From Myxococcota bacterium (GTDB taxonomy: Bacteria > Myxococcota > XYA12-FULL-58-9 > JALHOP01): 47,397 nucleotides of DNA. Made by a program: the position numbers and the translations under genes. How positions within the stretch are numbered: position 1 is the first letter of the stretch; each line of letters begins with the position of its first letter. This document shows positions 1-5,891 of this stretch, piece by piece. The notes under the pieces were generated by a model, which was not told where the DNA came from, ran no database searches, and worked only from the letters and a program-made list of their open reading frames with translations. The DNA lies in contig JALHOP010000023.1 in NCBI GenBank assembly GCA_022842935.1, positions 1 through 47,397 on the forward strand, given 5' to 3'.

Positions 1-203
1 AACTCAGGTCGGCTTCAACTGGGAGGCGAAAAGCGACGTCGATGGATGCGTGTTGTTGTTGACAGCCGAGCCTCTATTGGCTGTGAAAGATGGCCGTCGC
101 CGGCCTGGTGCAGAGTTGTGCGCTATGCCGGTGTGGCGCGCAACGGGCTAGAACTACGCGAGTGAAGCCGGCGAACTCGCGGCGCATCGCCGCGAGGCCT
201 TGC

Positions 204-224
204 GGCCATCTTGGATTGGGCGCG
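204..224. repeat. 21-bp direct repeat copy 1 (GGCCATCTTGGATTGGGCGCG), just downstream of the 286-aa gene
   Basis: Read directly from the sequence. It matches 1135-1155 at 20 of 21 positions. Confidence 0.8.
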
Positions 225-247
225 CTCAACGCCACTGACATCTGCGT

Positions 248-1108
248 TCACGCTTTCTGCCAAAGCAGATGCAGCTCACCGTTGTCGCCTGGACCGACCG
301 CAAAGAACCAAACCTTCTCGAAGCGATGGTCGCGCCCGTCGAGGAGCGCTTTCGCCCGAGCCTGGCCCGTCCCAAACAGCCCGCTCACTCCCATCTCGTA
401 GATCAACAACCACAGCTTGCCGCCGTACCCGCCATAGTGTTTGTCCAGCTTCACTTTTACGGCGTCGGGCAACGCCGCGTCGACGTCGATACCTGTCATG
501 TTGATGCCGCTACTGAACCGCATTCTGAATGGCACCTCGGGCGCCGCGACCCGCGTTACAGTGGGCCAGAGCTGAATCTTGCTGACATCGTCGGTGATCA
601 ACTCTTCAACGCGGCTGTCGCGAGTTGGCTCTAGCTTCGCAAAGTGTCCAATGTGATCTCGCAGCCACGTCTCGAGCAGCTTGAGCACGGCTTGTCCCTC
701 CTTGCTTTTCAAAGCTGGCAGCACGGCGCAGCTCTCCCACAAGTTCAAGTAAAGGCCAGCGAGGCGATCCGCGACGTCGTCGATCGCGTTGAGGAGTGCG
801 GTTGTGAACAGCTCCCGTTGACGTCTGACGATCATCTCGTGCGCCAGTACAGATTCGACGACTTCGACACCTAGTTTGCTGTCATCGAGTTTCCCCTCGA
901 GGTCTGGCCAATCATTGTGCTGATCTTTCTTCTTCAGCTCTGTGACGATTCCCTTGGCTACAAGAGCCTTTTGAAACTTTGCTACTACCCAGGTTTCAAG
1001 CTCGCCTGGGTCCGTGGGAGGCGTTTCGATGACCGTCGCCACCGAGCCGTCTGCCCCGTAGACGACATAACCAGCCTTCTTGCTCGGCTTCTTCGGTCGC
1101 TTTGTCAC
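248..1108 (-). CDS. Hypothetical protein, 286 aa. Last gene of the integrase-linked cassette. No recognisable motif.
   Basis: Long ORF in the lower-GC island, same strand as and 60 nt downstream of the HTH-fusion gene. Lys-rich N-terminus (MTKRPKKPSKK). Flanked by 21-bp direct repeats. Confidence 0.6.
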   Translation of the reverse strand: MTKRPKKPSKKAGYVVYGADGSVATVIETPPTDPGELETWVVAKFQKALVAKGIVTELKKKDQHNDWPDLEGKLDDSKLGVEVVESVLAHEMIVRRQRELFTTALLNAIDDVADRLAGLYLNLWESCAVLPALKSKEGQAVLKLLETWLRDHIGHFAKLEPTRDSRVEELITDDVSKIQLWPTVTRVAAPEVPFRMRFSSGINMTGIDVDAALPDAVKVKLDKHYGGYGGKLWLLIYEMGVSGLFGTGQARAKALLDGRDHRFEKVWFFAVGPGDNGELHLLWQKA

Positions 1109-1134
1109 TCTACACCTCTCAAACGAGCCCCCGA

Positions 1135-1155
1135 GGCCAGCTTGGATTGGGCGCG
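1135..1155. repeat. 21-bp direct repeat copy 2 (GGCCAGCTTGGATTGGGCGCG), in the intergenic region between the 652-aa and 286-aa genes
   Basis: Read directly from the sequence. It pairs with 204-224. Confidence 0.8.
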
Positions 1156-1168
1156 ATCCGCGGGTCTG

Positions 1169-3127
1169 CTATAGCAATCTGCGCGTGTAGAACGTGGTGA
1201 AGCTATTCGCGATTAGGGTGTGGCGCGAGATGACGCGCATCGTGGACCGCGTACTCTTCTCAATGAGTCGGTAGTTGTCGTGGTCGATGACGATCTCCGA
1301 CTCGAGTTCGTTACGCACCAAGGCCCGGACGAGTCTCGCGCACGAGTCAATGGAACGGACCACGAGGATCCCGTTCAGAACCCCGGTGCTGAGAATCACC
1401 TGCAGCGCCAGGGGATGTTGCTCGCGGAAGAGGTGTGCGCGCTTTTCGAAGTTAACTGCGACCGCAACGAGGATGCCGACCAAGTGAGGGCGTACGTCAG
1501 TAGGAACCGCAGACGGAGCTTCGCCCTTCACCACCTTATCCAACCAGCTGCGATAGTTTGATCGCTCGGACTCCTCAGGAATCCGCGATGCCTCTCCGTA
1601 GAGATCAAAGTCGGCCCAATGCGCCACCGTTGCTTGCGCGAGCGTCGCATCGCTCGCTTTGCTCAAGCGGATAGTCAGCAGACGTGACAGCAGAGCCTGC
1701 TGATCCATGGTCTCGTCCGCCTCCCGATCCTCCTCTGTCCCTTCCTTTGAGATCTGAGTTTGCAGGTCAACGCGGGACAAGAGCCCCAGCGACTCTGTAT
1801 CGACATTCGCGTCCGGGGCGAACAAGCGCGGGACGTAGACGATCACAGGCTTGCCTTGTCCCAACGCCACCGAGGCTTCGGAATCCTTGCCAAAGGTGTC
1901 GGTCTTTTGCGCCATGTACAGTGTCATGGCGGATCGACGAAGCATCAGCGCCTCGACCAAGCCCTTGGCTACTCGATCTTCAATCCACGACTGCGTTGGG
2001 TTGAAGTACCTGAGCTTCAGAGGGCGAACGTCAGAGTGCTCGAATAGCGCGCGGCAGAAGGCGTTGACCGAAACGAAGTCTGCGTCCGAGCGCATTGACG
2101 TGGCCACGTAAACGTCAAGGTGGTCGGCGGCTAGGTAGCGCGCCAGATTGCGCTGTGCAGTTTCCTGCGTATCTGCCATCCGGGTGAGGTCGGACTCCTC
2201 TTTGGGGGCGAGTCGTACCGCTTCGCGTCTTAGCGCATCGGTGTCCTTTGAGAAGAGCGGGGACAAGAAGTCGTGCGGCAGGCTTGAATTGAACTTTCGC
2301 AACAAGCTGGCCATCTTGCGTTTCCGCTTCTCGGTGAACCGCGACAAACCGGTTCCTTTCTCCTTATCTAACGCGTCGGCGACCTCGACCAAGAACGCCG
2401 CAAGCAGACGTCGCTCATCGGATTCCTGCCTCGCCTTCTGCGCAGATATGTAGCCCAAGTCGGGGAGTCGCTCGTCAGCGATGGTTTCGATCCCATCCCA
2501 ATTGCTTCGCGACCGAAACGCCTCATCATCCTTGGATTGAAGGGGTGCCAACATTGCCCGGAGGTCTTCCGCTTGATTGAGCGTGCGGTAGGCGTCCTCA
2601 AAGGTGCTGAATAGGCGGATCACCTCGGCCTGGTACTTTCGCACCTGCTTGTTGAAATCCGCTGGTGACCGAAGAGCGTCTGGTCCGAGATATCTGGCAA
2701 AGAACTCGGACGAACACGGTTCCACGTCGTAGTAGACGAGCACGGAATTGAAGGCGTCGTAAGCCTGGTCCTCAGTGCGGTCGATTCGCGACAGGTTTAG
2801 AACCTCAGCCTTCGCCACGTCTGCGGTCGGCTCGTCGTGGTAGCGTAGGGATACCGGTCGACCAACGAGTTCGCCCAAAGCCTCCTCGAACGCCAGCTGG
2901 GTCTGGTACTCCGCGTCGAGGAAGTCCTTCCAGAACTTCGGCGGAATGCCCAGATACTCGCAGACTGCGGTCAGAACATCTGGCGTTGGGACTCGGCGAC
3001 CCTGCTCGAGATGCGCGACGACCGAACGATTCGTACTGGCCGCTTTCGCGACGGCGTCCTGCGAATCACCGCGTTGCTCGCGAGCCGCCTTTACCTGCTC
3101 GCCTAGATCCTGCAGGTGCACCGCCAT
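1169..3127 (-). CDS. Fusion protein, 652 aa: N-terminal XRE-family helix-turn-helix plus a central Rossmann-like nucleoside 2-deoxyribosyltransferase-like (NDT/SLOG-type) domain and a C-terminal region of unknown function
   Basis: Residues ~10-65 (QDAVAKAASTNRSVVAHLEQGRRVPTPDVLTAVCEYLGIP) are a typical XRE HTH. Residues ~330-440 contain VYVATSMRSDADF ... TDTFGKDSEASVALGQGKPVIVYVP. This resembles the NDT signature D-x-G-x-x-E-x-G-x-A-x-x-x-GK-x-V (Lactobacillus NDT ...ELGYALSQGKYVLLVIP, recalled from memory). Lower GC than the backbone. Confidence 0.6.
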   Translation of the reverse strand: MAVHLQDLGEQVKAAREQRGDSQDAVAKAASTNRSVVAHLEQGRRVPTPDVLTAVCEYLGIPPKFWKDFLDAEYQTQLAFEEALGELVGRPVSLRYHDEPTADVAKAEVLNLSRIDRTEDQAYDAFNSVLVYYDVEPCSSEFFARYLGPDALRSPADFNKQVRKYQAEVIRLFSTFEDAYRTLNQAEDLRAMLAPLQSKDDEAFRSRSNWDGIETIADERLPDLGYISAQKARQESDERRLLAAFLVEVADALDKEKGTGLSRFTEKRKRKMASLLRKFNSSLPHDFLSPLFSKDTDALRREAVRLAPKEESDLTRMADTQETAQRNLARYLAADHLDVYVATSMRSDADFVSVNAFCRALFEHSDVRPLKLRYFNPTQSWIEDRVAKGLVEALMLRRSAMTLYMAQKTDTFGKDSEASVALGQGKPVIVYVPRLFAPDANVDTESLGLLSRVDLQTQISKEGTEEDREADETMDQQALLSRLLTIRLSKASDATLAQATVAHWADFDLYGEASRIPEESERSNYRSWLDKVVKGEAPSAVPTDVRPHLVGILVAVAVNFEKRAHLFREQHPLALQVILSTGVLNGILVVRSIDSCARLVRALVRNELESEIVIDHDNYRLIEKSTRSTMRVISRHTLIANSFTTFYTRRLL

Positions 3128-3256
3128 TGCGTACCTCCGAGTTTGGAGACGCGATCACATCAAAATACACCCGGCCGTCAAGAAGTAGCGCCGCCGTGAT
3201 GAGGACATTGCCAATGCGGCCGCCCGGAGACGGCCGACTAGACTAGTAGCTTGTCG

Positions 3257-3955
3257 TCAGGGCTGCGGGCGCGGCAGTGCGGCGGGACGTTCTGGGCGTG
3301 CGGGACGAGGGTATTCCCCGTTGAGCACCTTGCGAGTTCGTTCGTCGATCAGCCGTTGAATCTCAGCGAGCTCCGCTTTGAACTTCTCGCTACCCAGGTA
3401 GGAAGCATCCGTCACGACGAGCAAACGCTCGTCGAGCGTTGATGCGGCCGCCATAAAGGCGGAAGCGTTGTAAGTGACCGCGTCGTGAAAGGCTTTGACG
3501 GAAGGAATGTACGCTTTGGACAAATCGTAGTTCTGCTGCAACGCGAGCTGGTCGTAGCTGCTTCTAAGGGTCTCAGTGATCGCGCCTGCGTGTAGGTACT
3601 CTTGCGTGAGCGCAATTGTGGCGGCGTCGAGTAGGTCAGTCGCCGTTTCGTCAGCGAGTGCGGTGTAGAGCAGGTTGAAGAACAACCCTTCCGCGGTCAC
3701 CTCACGCACGCTGGTGGAGAGTTCTAGATCTCGAATCTTGGTGGCGCGCTCTAGGTTGTAGTGAACCTCCCATCTCGCAAGCTCTAGTTTCCGAATGGCG
3801 CGTTCACGAGCGTCTCTGGCGGTCTGCTGATGGGTGCGCTCCCAGACGTCTGCGGCTTGGACCTTGCCGGCCGCATAACCAACCGTCAGACCAACCATGG
3901 TGACCAAAAGTTGCACCACGATAGCGGGCCAGTTTTCCGACAGATATTTCCGCAC
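3257..3955 (-). CDS. Membrane-anchored protein, 232 aa: one N-terminal transmembrane helix followed by a helical soluble domain. First gene of the cassette after the integrase.
   Basis: GTG start. Hydrophobic stretch WPAIVVQLLVTMVGLTVGYAAG at residues 9-30. Pro/Arg-rich C-terminal tail. Same strand as the integrase and the HTH fusion. Confidence 0.5.
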   Translation of the reverse strand: MRKYLSENWPAIVVQLLVTMVGLTVGYAAGKVQAADVWERTHQQTARDARERAIRKLELARWEVHYNLERATKIRDLELSTSVREVTAEGLFFNLLYTALADETATDLLDAATIALTQEYLHAGAITETLRSSYDQLALQQNYDLSKAYIPSVKAFHDAVTYNASAFMAAASTLDERLLVVTDASYLGSEKFKAELAEIQRLIDERTRKVLNGEYPRPARPERPAALPRPQP

Positions 3956-3967
3956 GAGGTTGGTCTT

Positions 3968-3981
3968 CTGGGCGCGCGCCC
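3968..3981. promoter_or_regulatory. Perfect 14-bp palindrome TGGGCGCGCGCCCA, 13 nt upstream of the membrane-protein gene start. Candidate operator.
   Basis: Read from the sequence. Its half-site TTGGGCGCG is shared with the 21-bp direct repeats at 204-224 and 1135-1155. Confidence 0.3.
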
Positions 3982-4040
3982 AATGTGTTTTTGTACGACA
4001 CCGTATCTACCACGCCTTCTTGCCCCCCGCCGCTCCGCCA

Positions 4041-5381
4041 TTACTCCCCCCGCACCCGCCGGAATGCAGCGATCACGGCATTTTGCAGCGTTTTGTAGAA
4101 CTCCGGACGCGTGGCGCGGCTCGCAACGTCTGGCGGTAGCGTGGCGCGGGCAGTTGCCCAGGCTTCCTCTGGCGGTAGGTCAATGCGCAACCAGCCGGGC
4201 CGTTCTTCGACTGCCGCGATGCCTTCCAGCCGGACCGTCGCCTCTTTCGTGATGAGGAGGGCGTGCGCGACCCGAGTCGGGCCGTCGCTCGCGCCGAAGA
4301 CGACGCGCAGACGAGCCGTTGGGTTGGCGGTGGGATGCGCGGAAGCCTGTGCTGCTGAGCCCCCAGGGTCGAGCGCGTCGAGTGGACTCTGCGGGTCGGA
4401 GCGAGTCGTCGTGATGTGTGTGTAGAGACGCGTCGTCTCGAGATTGGCGTGGCCGAGAAAGTCTTGGATGAGACGGAGGTCCGTACCGCCTTCCAGCAAA
4501 TGCGTTGCGAATGAGTGGCGTAGCGAATGGCACGTGACGTTCGCGCGTAGGCCAGCGAGCTCGGCGGCGCGCCGGAACATGCGTTGAGCGGTGCGCGGCG
4601 ACAGGTGGCGGCGGTCGTTGGCGCTCGAGGGGAAAAGGAAACTCTCCGGGGTGGCGGCGGTGCGCAGAGCCAGCAGCCAGCGCTTCCACTTCGTTGGCAT
4701 CAGCGCGCGGCGGTCTTTTGCGCCCTTGCCTCTGAAAACCCGAATGCTGCCCGACTCGAAGTCGAGATCGCGCCAGCGGACGCGGCACATCTCGCCGACG
4801 CGCATGCCGGTCGCGTACAACAGCCCCAGCAGCAGCTTGTCGCGCCGCGCCGGCGCCGCAGCAAGCAAGCGCAGGATCTCGTCGCGGCTCATCACCGTCG
4901 GTAACGACCGCGCGCGTCGCGGTGTGACGAGACCGGTTGTCGCTGTGAGACAGCACATCTTGTCGAACACGGTGCGGAGCATCGAGAGGTTACTTGCGAC
5001 CCATGATGCGCTCGCGCCAGCATCCACGAGGAACTCGAGATACTCGCGCACCAGCTCGCGGTTTGTCTCGGAGGCCGGTGCTTGCGACCAGCGCAGGAAC
5101 TGCATCAGCGCACCCAGGTACGTCTTCACGGAGCGCCGGCTGTAGAAGCGGATGCGCAGCTCGCGCCGGATCTTGCGCACGAACATGCTCGACGAAACAT
5201 TTGCCCGCGTCAGGTCCACGACCGCATGCGATGGGCCGAGCGCGTCATCGAATGGTCGGCGCGGTCCGAACCGGCCGCGCGCGATCCGGTAGACACGACC
5301 ATCGTTATAGGTGTGCGAGTCGATGCGGCGGCCCACGCGACGCTCGAGTGCCAACCCCGTGCCAACGGATGACCAGGCCAA
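4041..5381 (-). mobile_element. Tyrosine site-specific recombinase (phage-integrase / XerD-like family), 446 aa, with N- and C-terminal extensions
   Basis: Catalytic region HSLRHSFATHLLEGGTDLRLIQDFLGHANLETTRLYTHI with the R...HxxR...Y signature. Core-binding-like N-domain (RRSVKTYLGALMQFLRW). About 65 extra residues after the catalytic Tyr. Confidence 0.9.
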
Positions 5382-5891
5382 GAGGCGTTGGCGGGTCTCG
5401 ACAGCTGTCTACTGGCGTGCGTGTAGCAACATGAGACACGAATCTAGCGCGGGACTGCTCGCTCAGGGCTTGTTCGGCGGCAGCGGCTTGAGCTTATCGA
5501 GCTCGGTGGCCATTTCCTCGAGCGCCGCCGCGCGACCGCTTGCGAGCGCGTCGACACCGTCTTCGCGAGCGAGGTTGCGACCGGCCCAGTGAGAGGACCT
5601 CGGCGGCCCGTGACTGACAAAGCGCTTCCATCAACGCAAGCGTCTGACACTGGACAGGGCCTTGTGTTTCCTATGCACCGACACGCTCGTCGAAATCGAC
5701 CGCGAAGCGCTGGCGTCGATCCTCGGATGTCAAAGGCGCTCCCGCCTTCCGCGTCCAGGGACGGGAAGGCCTGTTCGCCGGTTTGCACGAGGGGTGTCGC
5801 GGGCGGCCGAGCACGACAGCTGGGTGACGTTGAAGAAGCGGGACTGAGCCGGTCACCAAAGACCACGTCGATCAGTCCCGCGCTTCAGTTT

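Noticed and set aside
90-634. Small overlapping ORFs at the window start (90-401, 211-504, 269-634)
   Set aside because: They overlap and run antisense to the 286-aa cassette gene. They have Arg/Ser/Pro-rich composition and no motifs. They are most likely noncoding.
860-900. PD-(D/E)xK-like residues (WPDLEGKL) in the 286-aa protein
   Set aside because: The P-D and E-x-K residues are adjacent rather than separated by a beta-strand spacer. This is not a credible nuclease motif on sequence alone.
3170-3256. gactagactagtag motif upstream of the HTH-fusion gene as a regulatory palindrome
   Set aside because: It is short (an ACTAGT core) and has no second copy elsewhere in the cassette. This is insufficient to call.
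5382-5891. Possible tRNA or att site adjacent to the integrase. 140-aa ORF at 5444-5866.
   Set aside because: No cloverleaf-compatible segment or T-loop consensus could be found by eye. The ORF is Arg/Ser/Pro-rich without GC3 bias. Dedicated tRNA or att detection is still needed.
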